Shown here piece after piece: positions 1-7,131 of a stretch of 37,283 nt of DNA. The stretch comes from Gammaproteobacteria bacterium. GTDB lineage: Bacteria; Pseudomonadota; Gammaproteobacteria; Natronospirales; REEB76. The notes beneath the pieces were generated by a model. That model made no database searches, was not told the origin of the DNA, and saw only the letters and a list, made by a program, of their open reading frames with translations. The DNA is taken from positions 1 to 37,283 of the forward strand of contig JBOIAY010000089.1 in the NCBI GenBank assembly GCA_050739255.1. Direction: 5' to 3'. Each line of letters opens with the position of its first letter. The first letter of the stretch is position 1. Both the position numbers and the translations under genes were made by a program.

Positions 1-2
1 GT

Positions 3-212
3 GGTGCGGTTGGCAATTGTGGTGACGAGACCAAGGATCCGAACAACGGCACGCCGTACACTGATGGCGCCCGTTCACCGGGTGCGACCGCGGCGACCGA
101 GACGGTGACCGGCGACGAGTACGCCAATGATACCTACCTTGCAACGTTCCCATATCTCGAAACACCGTTGCCGGGCTCGCCCAATGGCAGCAACGGCACA
201 CCAGGTAATTGA
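3..212 (+). CDS. 3' end of a gene cut by the window edge; DUF4331-like C-terminus (tentative)
   Basis: Frame 3 is open from the window start to TGA at 210-212. It is absent from the ORF track because there is no start codon in the window. Translation ends ...TGDEYANDTYLATFPYLETPLPGSPNGSNGTPGN. The ND-xx-L-xx-FPYL-xx-P ending matches my recollection of DUF4331 C-termini; the family call is from memory only. Confidence 0.4.
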   Translation, partial: GAVGNCGDETKDPNNGTPYTDGARSPGATAATETVTGDEYANDTYLATFPYLETPLPGSPNGSNGTPGN

Positions 213-223
213 GGAGGTGTGTG

Positions 224-511
224 ATGAAATCTAAACTTACAGCTATTGCGGTCACGTTGGCCTTGGCAGGCGCAGCGTTGGCAGGTTGCGGCGGCGGCGG
301 GAGCAGTTCCAGCCTGCCTCCGCCAACTCCGCCTCCAACACCACCACCGACGGGCGTGAACTTCACGGCCTTCGTTCATCAAACCCTGAGCATGCCGGCG
401 AATTCGACGCCGACGCCGGTGAACGGGGTGAACTTCCAGTTCACCGATCTCAACAATCCAGACGCCTACAATAATGTTCTGCCTCCCAATCCTCCGCCAC
501 CGGGCGGTTGA
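224..511 (+). CDS. Small proline-rich lipoprotein, unknown function
   Basis: ATG at 224 is preceded by GAGGAGG (211-217). MKSKLTAIAVTLALAGAALAGC is a signal peptide with lipobox LAG|C, followed by a GGGGSSSS linker and a PPPTPPPTPPPT tract. The ORF-track start at 209 is a TTG immediately upstream of the RBS, which then falls inside that extension. Confidence 0.6.
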   Translation: MKSKLTAIAVTLALAGAALAGCGGGGSSSSLPPPTPPPTPPPTGVNFTAFVHQTLSMPANSTPTPVNGVNFQFTDLNNPDAYNNVLPPNPPPPGG

Positions 512-545
512 GGCGGCAGACGGCTAGGGACGGTTGCTCCGTAAT

Positions 546-580
546 CCTCGTGTGCCGCTCGCGGGCACACGAGGTTTTTT
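546..580 (+). terminator. Rho-independent terminator after the lipoprotein gene
   Basis: Perfect 11-bp stem CCTCGTGTGCC (546-556) / GGCACACGAGG (564-574), followed by TTTTTT (575-580). It lies between the convergent lipoprotein and hoxN genes. Confidence 0.75.
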
Positions 581-665
581 CAGCAGCCAACGCGATTCAA
601 GAATTCCGTTCACGCTTCGACAAGTCCGGCTGGTCTATGACCGGCGGAGCCTACCGCGATGTGGA

Positions 666-1817
666 TTAGTGAAAGTGTTCATGCGTATGCATCGTCCCGT
701 TTGCATGCGAATGCTGGTGATAATGCAAGGTCACTTTGTCTCCATAACGCTCTTCAATTCGGCCCAGCTTCCATATCACCACCGAAGTCCCCCAAGCGAG
801 CAGGAACAGGCCGACAATCACGTAGCCGAGTTTTCCGAAGTCGAGCCTGCCGATATAACCGAATACCGCGCCCTTCAAACCGAACAGGGCAATCAACACT
901 TGGAATAGCTCAATTGTTCCAATCACGAGCGCCACGCCGATGGAAAGGCCGGTGGTCGTGATGTTGTAGAAAATCTTGCGCAAGGGATTGATGAACGCCC
1001 AGTTGTAAGCCTTGCACATCAGCACGCCGTCGGTGGTATCCATCATGGACATACCGGCCGCAAACAAAATCGGCAGCGAGAGTACGGCTGGCGCTGGCAA
1101 ATCAGTCGCCAATGCAGCTGCGGTCATGGCCAGCAACGCGACTTCCGACGCCGTATCAAAACCGAGACCGAAAAGGAACCCGACCGGGTACATCTGCCAA
1201 CTGTGATGAATGAATTTTTGCAGTCGCCCACCGAACAGACGATTGATAAATCCACGCTTCGACAGCATTTCTTCCAGGTGTTCGTGACTATGCTTGCCGG
1301 TCTTGGCTTGTTCCCATATCTTCAGAATATCGAGCAGCACCAGAAGATTGAGGATGCCTATAATCCATAGAAATGTACCGGATACAATGCTGCCGATGAT
1401 CATGCCTGTGTGCTGCATCTCAGGCAGATGCTGTTTGACCGCGACGGCGGCAAAGACAAGTCCGACTGCGAGGCCCAGGACAATCGTGGAATGCCCAAGC
1501 GAGAAGAAGAAGCCGATGCCCAGGGGCCGCTTGCCCTTGTGCAGCATGTAGCGAACTGTATCGTCCACCGCCGCGATGTGGTCCGCATCGAAGGCATGAC
1601 GTAACCCGAACATGTAGGCGGCAAAGCCGAGCCCGATCAACGCAGGATACTGTGGGCAGTAGTGCAGGAAAAGTTGCCAGCCGACAACGTGCAGCAAGGC
1701 GATGAAGCCGTAGAACCCGGCAAGTCTCCACCACTCGCGCGCGGTGAAGCCGAGACGGCTGCGCCCATTGGCTGCCGGCTGCCCTATCACCGTGAAGGTG
1801 GTGGAATCATTCTGCAT
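666..1817 (-). CDS. hoxN: HoxN/HupN/NixA-family (NiCoT) nickel/cobalt permease
   Basis: 383-aa polytopic membrane protein carrying the NiCoT signature RHAFDADHIAAVDD. It has a His-rich C-terminal tail (HYHQHSHANGTMHTHEHFH). It is the last gene of the hydrogenase/hyp gene string. Confidence 0.9.
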   Translation of the reverse strand: MQNDSTTFTVIGQPAANGRSRLGFTAREWWRLAGFYGFIALLHVVGWQLFLHYCPQYPALIGLGFAAYMFGLRHAFDADHIAAVDDTVRYMLHKGKRPLGIGFFFSLGHSTIVLGLAVGLVFAAVAVKQHLPEMQHTGMIIGSIVSGTFLWIIGILNLLVLLDILKIWEQAKTGKHSHEHLEEMLSKRGFINRLFGGRLQKFIHHSWQMYPVGFLFGLGFDTASEVALLAMTAAALATDLPAPAVLSLPILFAAGMSMMDTTDGVLMCKAYNWAFINPLRKIFYNITTTGLSIGVALVIGTIELFQVLIALFGLKGAVFGYIGRLDFGKLGYVIVGLFLLAWGTSVVIWKLGRIEERYGDKVTLHYHQHSHANGTMHTHEHFH

Positions 1818-1903
1818 TGCCGTTGCCTATCGTTCCGACCGGGCGACCTCCGTCCGGGTCAAGCACTCAGAAAAATTCCAGAACAAGCCTGGTTGCGTGG
1901 AAT

Positions 1904-2839
1904 CTATTGTGTGTCAAGCGTTTGAGGCCGATGCAACGACGCCACGGTAAGTGATGTGCCCACCGCTTCAGACATGGTTGCAAAGTTGCCTTCGCGCAGC
2001 CTTGCACGTAGCCAGGCGTACCAGCCATCCAAGCCTTCGCCGGTGGCAGCGGATAACTCAAGCACGTCTACGTCAGGGTTGATCTGACGGGCATGGCTGA
2101 TGCAAGTGGCCACATCAAAGTCCACGTGCGGCAGGAGATCGGTCTTGTTCAGGATCATCAGGCTCGATGCCCGGAACATGTGCGGGTATTTCAGGGGTTT
2201 GTCCGCGCCCTCTGTGACCGAGAGAATCACGACTTTGGCCCGTTCGCCGAGGTCAAACAGCGCCGGACAGACCAGATTGCCAACATTTTCGACCATCAGC
2301 AGGGAGTTCGCCGGCGGATCGAGCGTCTTGAGCGCGCGCGCCAGCATATCGGCCTCGAGATGGCAGCCGGTGCCGGTGTTGACCTGCACGGTTTTGCAGC
2401 CGGTGGCGCGGATACGCTCGGCATCTATCAAGGTTTCCTGATCGCCTTCTACCACGCAAATCCGCATTGTTTGCCCAAGATCGCGGATGGTGTGTTCCAG
2501 CAACGTGGTTTTACCGGCACCCGGCGAGCTGACCAGATTCAGCGCCAGGATATTGCGGCCCTCCAACCAGCCACGATTGCGTTCGGCTAAGCGGTTGTTC
2601 TTGGCGAGAACATCCTGTTCCAGAGTCAGGAGCGTGCGGTGTGGATGCGTATGGTCATGCATGCGCTCATGATCCGAGTCAGAGTCATGATGGTGCGGGT
2701 GATGGTGCTCGTGACTGTCTCCATGATGATCGTGATCATGCGCGTGAGGCGCATGCGCGCCGATGGTCTGAGTTTGACCGGTGGCCGGGTCGGTGACCGT
2801 GGGCCGGGCGTCGTCGGAACAACCGCAGGTAATACACAT
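1904..2839 (-). CDS. hypB: HypB hydrogenase nickel-incorporation GTPase
   Basis: N-terminal MCITCGCSDD (CxxCGC motif), His-rich tract (HAPHAHDHDHHGDSHEHHHPHHHDSDSDHERMHDHTHPH) and P-loop SSPGAGKTTLLE. Start is set at ATG 2839, which shares one base with the hypA stop (TAATG). The ORF-track extension to 2920 is rejected. Confidence 0.9.
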   Translation of the reverse strand: MCITCGCSDDARPTVTDPATGQTQTIGAHAPHAHDHDHHGDSHEHHHPHHHDSDSDHERMHDHTHPHRTLLTLEQDVLAKNNRLAERNRGWLEGRNILALNLVSSPGAGKTTLLEHTIRDLGQTMRICVVEGDQETLIDAERIRATGCKTVQVNTGTGCHLEADMLARALKTLDPPANSLLMVENVGNLVCPALFDLGERAKVVILSVTEGADKPLKYPHMFRASSLMILNKTDLLPHVDFDVATCISHARQINPDVDVLELSAATGEGLDGWYAWLRARLREGNFATMSEAVGTSLTVASLHRPQTLDTQ

Positions 2840-3180
2840 TATGCAGCCTCCTGAATTTCCATTGATTTGATCCTCAGTTGGTCGCCGCCCTGCGGGCGTT
2901 CCAGGTTGGCGGAACCGCAAGCACAGATTGAAAGCATGTCATTCATCTCAAGCTCCTTCCCGCAGTCTTTGCAACGGCTGCGTGCCGGGATGCGGACAAT
3001 CTTTAATTCCGAGCCTTCCAACGGCGTGCCCTCAACGGCAACGTCGTAGCAAAATCGCAGCGCGTCGGGCATGACGCAGGACAGTGTGCCGATCTCCAGT
3101 ATGACGCGCAGCACGCGTGCTCCACCGGCACGCTCACAGCAGCACTCCACGATGCTCTGGGTCACGGACAACTCATGCAT
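2839..3180 (-). CDS. hypA: HypA hydrogenase nickel insertion protein
   Basis: Canonical N-terminus MHELSVTQSIVE and a zinc site CKDCG...CACG. Start is ATG 3180; the ORF-track start at 3213 would add 11 atypical residues. Confidence 0.9.
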   Translation of the reverse strand: MHELSVTQSIVECCCERAGGARVLRVILEIGTLSCVMPDALRFCYDVAVEGTPLEGSELKIVRIPARSRCKDCGKELEMNDMLSICACGSANLERPQGGDQLRIKSMEIQEAA

Positions 3181-3751
3181 GACATACCGCCCGAGTTTTG
3201 CGCAACTCCACATTGAACAGCCGTGCCGGCGGCTCGTCCCACAGCTGTACGGCCAGCCGTTGCTTGAGCTCAGCTAAGCGCCTGGCACCGTGCGGACCCT
3301 CGGCCGGCGTGCCGCGCCGATCGAGCAGGCCATAAAATTCCTCGGGAACAAAATCGTCGCGAAGCTGCACGCTGGCAACCGAGACACCATCGCCGACTTC
3401 CCAGGCGAAGCGCATGCCGCGACGGCAGCCCTGTCCGGCATTTTCGCTTTCCACGCGGTAACGCCCGCGCGATACGCAGCAGGTGACGTATTCGATCGCA
3501 TCGCGCACGCCCTGGCCGGGATGGCCGCTGACCACGAACAGATCATCGCGGTCCCAGAGCTTGTGGCTCGACAGCGCGCTTCCGGCCGCCTGCAACATGC
3601 GAAAGCCCACTGCCACACCGAACCACGATTCCCCTGAATGCGCGGCCATGGCGCCGGCATAACCCAGCATCAAGACCGCACCGCTATCGGCAATTTGCAG
3701 TAATTGCTCAGCTGCATTCAATGTTTTCGTCACCCTCATGGGAGTGCTCAT
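3173..3751 (-). CDS. Hypothetical protein translationally coupled between hypE and hypA; possibly FmdE/FwdE-like
   Basis: 192-aa ORF. Its ATG shares one base with the hypE stop (TGATG) and its stop overlaps the hypA start by 8 nt. The segment VSGHPGQGVRDAIEYVTCCVSRGRY loosely resembles the FmdE-domain pattern (GH-x-CPG ... DAIQ-x-x-TGCT-x-GK). That similarity is a by-eye inference. Confidence 0.6.
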   Translation of the reverse strand: MSTPMRVTKTLNAAEQLLQIADSGAVLMLGYAGAMAAHSGESWFGVAVGFRMLQAAGSALSSHKLWDRDDLFVVSGHPGQGVRDAIEYVTCCVSRGRYRVESENAGQGCRRGMRFAWEVGDGVSVASVQLRDDFVPEEFYGLLDRRGTPAEGPHGARRLAELKQRLAVQLWDEPPARLFNVELRKTRAVCHA

Positions 3752-4836
3752 CAGCAGATTCTCGGCAGTTGTTCGCCTACCAGCATATCTACGACACGCT
3801 CGCCGCCAAAGGCGGTGTGCATGATGACGCTGCCGGGTGGGCTGTTGCTGACTTCGCCAATGATCGCGGCGTCGCGTCCCGCGGGGTGCGCGCGCATGGC
3901 GGTCAGCGCGGCTTCGGCCTGCGCCTTTGGCACTAGGGCGATCAGCTTGCCCTCGTTGGCGTAATACAGCGGGTCCAGGCCCAGAATCTCGGAGACACCG
4001 CGCACCGCTTCGCGCACCGGAATCGCCGGTTCATCGAGATTGACGCACACATCCGCGGCCTGTGCGAACTCGTTCAAAACCGTGGCGATTCCGCCGCGGG
4101 TCGCGTCACGCATGCAGTGCACTCCGGGACAGGCGGCTAGCATCGCCGCGATCAAACCGTTAAGCGGCTGGGTGTCACTTTTGATCGGCACTTCGAGCGC
4201 CAGATCGTCACGCGCAGCAAGGATGGCCACGCCGTGATCGCCGATGTAGCCGTTGACCAGCACCTTGTCGCCTGGCCGCGCGCGCGTCGCTGCAATGTTC
4301 ACGCCAGCGGGGATAATGCCGATGCCGCTGGTATTGATGAACAGCTTGTCGGCCGCACCGCGGTTCACCACCTTGGTGTCGCCGGTCACGATTTGTACGC
4401 CGGCAGCCGCGGCAGCCTTCTGCATCGAATTGGCGATACGGCGCAGATCGGCCACCGCGAAACCTTCCTCGATAATCATGCTGCACGTCAGATACAGCGG
4501 TCGCGCGCCGGACACCGCAAGATCGTTGATGGTGCCGTTGACCGCCAGCTCGCCGATGTCGCCACCGGGGAAGAACAGCGGATCAACCACATAGGAGTCG
4601 GTGGTGAAGGCGAGACGGTCGCCGTTTTTGGCAAGATCGGCCAGTGCGAAACGTGCCTGGTCCTCCAGTGGCGCCAGCGAAGGATTGTCGAAGGTACCGA
4701 CGAACACATCGTCAATCAGGTCGCGCATCGCCTTGCCGCCGCTGCCGTGGGCGAGCGCGATGGTGTCGCCGCGCACCTTGCCGCTGCGCTGGCGAATACG
4801 CGGTGCAGAGTAATCGGGAGCGGTGCACGCGTTCAT
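3751..4836 (-). CDS. hypE: HypE hydrogenase maturation protein (carbamoyl dehydratase)
   Basis: 361 aa with a PurM-like fold and the diagnostic C-terminus GEQLPRIC. Its ATG overlaps the hypD stop (ATGA). Confidence 0.95.
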   Translation of the reverse strand: MNACTAPDYSAPRIRQRSGKVRGDTIALAHGSGGKAMRDLIDDVFVGTFDNPSLAPLEDQARFALADLAKNGDRLAFTTDSYVVDPLFFPGGDIGELAVNGTINDLAVSGARPLYLTCSMIIEEGFAVADLRRIANSMQKAAAAAGVQIVTGDTKVVNRGAADKLFINTSGIGIIPAGVNIAATRARPGDKVLVNGYIGDHGVAILAARDDLALEVPIKSDTQPLNGLIAAMLAACPGVHCMRDATRGGIATVLNEFAQAADVCVNLDEPAIPVREAVRGVSEILGLDPLYYANEGKLIALVPKAQAEAALTAMRAHPAGRDAAIIGEVSNSPPGSVIMHTAFGGERVVDMLVGEQLPRIC

Positions 4837-6008
4837 GCCTGCTGTTCCTGCCGTGCCTTTTTCGCCGCCGCCTCGCGATTTCTGAGAATTTCGCCGAGAT
4901 CAATGCGACCATAATTGTAAACTGCGGCACAAGCGCCCTCGCTCGATACCATCAGCGAGCCGAGCGGCGTCTCCGGCGTGCAGGCAGTGCCGAATACCTT
5001 GCACTGCCAAGGCTTGATCACGCCCTTCAGAACCTCGCCGCACTGGCAGGACTTGGGATCGGCGATCTTGAGATTGGGCACACAGAAACGTTTCTCGGCA
5101 TCGTAGTGCGCATAGGCGTCGCGCAGCTTGATGCCGGAATGGTCAATGGAGCCCAGCCCGCGCCACTCGAAATATTCGCGTAGCTGGAACACCTTGCCGA
5201 CCGCCTGCAATGCCGCGTTGTTTCCGGCATCGGGCACCACGCGCTGGTACTGGTTTTCGACCTCACAGCGGCCCTCGGCGAGTTGCTTCATCACCATCCA
5301 CACCGATTGCAGAATATCCAACGGCTCAAAGCCGGAGATCACCAGTGGCTTCTTGTAGTGTTTGGCGATGAATTCATACGGCGCGCTGCCGATCACCATA
5401 CTGACGTGACCAGGGCCAAGAAAACCGTCCAGGGTCAGCTCCGGCGAATCCAGGATCGCCTTGATAGTCGGAATGATGGTGATGTGATTGCAGAACACCG
5501 AGAAGTTGTCGATGTCCTCGTCCACGGCACGCAGCACGGTAAAGGCCGTGGATGGCATGGTGGTTTCAAAGCCAAGCGCAAAGAACACCACCTGACGATT
5601 CGGGTTGTCGCGTGCGAGTTTCAAGGCATCCATCGGCGAATAGACCATACGCACATCCGCGCCTTCGGCCTTGGCCTGCAGCAGGCTCTTCTTCGAGCCC
5701 GGCACGCGCATCGCGTCGCCGAAGGTGGTGAAGATCACATTCGGGTGCTCGGCCAGCGCCACGCAATCGTCCACGCGGCCCATCGGCAGCACGCACACCG
5801 GGCAACCCGGGCCATGCACCAGTTCAATGGCATCGGGCAGCATCTGCTCGATGCCGTACTTGAAGATCGAGTGCGTGTGACCGCCGCAGACCTCCATGAA
5901 TTGCAGTGGGCGTTTGGCGCAGATCGATATCTGCGGCACCAGCGCCTCGATGCGTTTCACCAGCGCCCTGGCCTTGACGGGATCGCGGAATTCGTCAACA
6001 AACTTCAT
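4833..6008 (-). CDS. hypD: HypD hydrogenase maturation Fe-S protein
   Basis: N-terminus MKFVDEFRDP, with the motifs CGGHTH and GPGCPVCV. 391 aa. Confidence 0.95.
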   Translation of the reverse strand: MKFVDEFRDPVKARALVKRIEALVPQISICAKRPLQFMEVCGGHTHSIFKYGIEQMLPDAIELVHGPGCPVCVLPMGRVDDCVALAEHPNVIFTTFGDAMRVPGSKKSLLQAKAEGADVRMVYSPMDALKLARDNPNRQVVFFALGFETTMPSTAFTVLRAVDEDIDNFSVFCNHITIIPTIKAILDSPELTLDGFLGPGHVSMVIGSAPYEFIAKHYKKPLVISGFEPLDILQSVWMVMKQLAEGRCEVENQYQRVVPDAGNNAALQAVGKVFQLREYFEWRGLGSIDHSGIKLRDAYAHYDAEKRFCVPNLKIADPKSCQCGEVLKGVIKPWQCKVFGTACTPETPLGSLMVSSEGACAAVYNYGRIDLGEILRNREAAAKKARQEQQA

Positions 6009-6150
6009 GAAACCTCCCCAAAACTACTGCGCTCGACATCATGAGCGCTGGCGGTGCTCGGATTGCTCATGTACTGGCGTGTACACTCCGCATCCTGCGC
6101 TCCGGCAGCGCTCAGCCTGTCTTCGCTCGCTACGTTTTGTGAAGGTCTCA

Positions 6151-6843
6151 TCATAGCGTCACCTCCAGATGGCCGCGCTCGTCGGCGAGCAGTGTGTGCA
6201 CCAAATCCCAGAGGATGTGGTAGATTGCCACGTGTGTTTCCTGGATGCGGTGGATGCTGTCGGTCGCCACGATCAGGCAGTGATCAATATCCTTCGATTG
6301 CGCCATCTTGCCCCCGTCGTTACCCGTGAGGCCGATTGTGGTCAGACCCATTTCTTTCGCCTTGGTAAACGCGCGCAACAGGTTGGCCGAGTTACCACTG
6401 GTGGAAAAGCCGATCAGGCCGTCTTCGGCACGGCCGTGGGCAATTACCTGGCGCACGAAGATGTGATCGAAACTCACGTCGTTGCCGACTGCGGTCAGCA
6501 TTGCGTCGTCGGCCACCAGGTTGACGGCAGTCAGGGCGGGACGCCCGGCAGTAATTGGGTGCAGAAACTCGACGGCAAAATGCGCCGCATCGCAGGACGA
6601 GCCGCCATTGCCCATCGCCAGCATACGCCCGTTGTGCTGATACACCGCGGCGATGGCGCGCGCGGCATCCACCACTGCCTGAGCATTGTCGGCGAAGAAT
6701 CGCCGTTTTACCTCTACGCTGTGTGTGGCTTTCTGCCGCACCGACTCCAGCAGCGCCTCGTTGACCGCACCGGCATCCTGCTTCATACCGTGCAGGAACG
6801 GATAGAGTTCGCCCAGGCTGTCGGTGTTCGAAGTTCCCATCAA
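6151..6843 (-). CDS. SIS-domain protein (GmhA/phosphoheptose-isomerase-like) embedded in the hyp genes
   Basis: 230 aa with SIS-like motifs MGNGGSSCDAAHFAVEF and GFSTSGNSANL. It lies between hypC and hypD. Confidence 0.8.
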   Translation of the reverse strand: MMGTSNTDSLGELYPFLHGMKQDAGAVNEALLESVRQKATHSVEVKRRFFADNAQAVVDAARAIAAVYQHNGRMLAMGNGGSSCDAAHFAVEFLHPITAGRPALTAVNLVADDAMLTAVGNDVSFDHIFVRQVIAHGRAEDGLIGFSTSGNSANLLRAFTKAKEMGLTTIGLTGNDGGKMAQSKDIDHCLIVATDSIHRIQETHVAIYHILWDLVHTLLADERGHLEVTL

Positions 6844-6852
6844 CTCGTCTCC

Positions 6853-7131
6853 TCAAGCCTCGCTGGTCTGCATCGCATCCATTTCCTGTTGCATCTCGCC
6901 TACTTCCCTGAGTAATTCCAGGGTCTTGAACGCTTCGTCTTCGTCAATATGGCTCATGGCGAAACCGACGTGCACCAACACCCACTCACCCACGCAATCA
7001 GCGTGACTGCGCCCCTCCCCGACCACGCAGGAAATATTGATCTTGCGGCGAATGCCGCCGATCTCCACCGTTGCCGTGTCCGTGGTAGTGTCCACGATGT
7101 CAACGATCTGTCCGGGAATGCCTACGCACAT
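6853..7131 (-). CDS. hypC: HypC/HybG/HupF-family hydrogenase chaperone
   Basis: N-terminus MCVGIPGQIV with the essential Cys2. 92 aa. The start overlaps the hypF stop by 10 nt. Confidence 0.9.
   Translation of the reverse strand: MCVGIPGQIVDIVDTTTDTATVEIGGIRRKINISCVVGEGRSHADCVGEWVLVHVGFAMSHIDEDEAFKTLELLREVGEMQQEMDAMQTSEA

Noticed and set aside
2680-2760. His-rich, repetitive coding tract in hypB, and the His-rich tail of hoxN at 666-730.
   Set aside because: These are normal nickel-storage/binding features of many HypB and NiCoT proteins. They are neither a repeat element nor an anomaly.
2840-2920. N-terminal extensions of ORF-track models: hypB to 2920, hypA to 3213, protease to 10406, 478-aa gene to 11830, DUF6084-like to 12783, DUF692 to 20575, both TBDRs by 6 codons, and the lipoprotein to 209.
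   Set aside because: The extensions overlap the preceding gene or start at TTG/GTG. They add Arg/Pro-rich non-homologous residues, whereas internal ATGs give canonical family N-termini, proper RBS spacing or stop/start coupling.
6005-6154. 49-aa minus-strand ORF (MMRPSQNVASEDRLSAAGAQDAECTRQYMSNPSTASAHDVERSSFGEVS) filling the SIS-hypD gap. Both its start (on the SIS stop) and its stop (on the hypD start) form ATGA-type overlaps.
   Set aside because: The coupling geometry is attractive. However, third-position GC is clearly lower than in neighbouring genes, there is no hydrophobic or Cys pattern, and I recognise no family. I cannot support it without conservation or Ribo-seq evidence. It is worth a tblastn check only.
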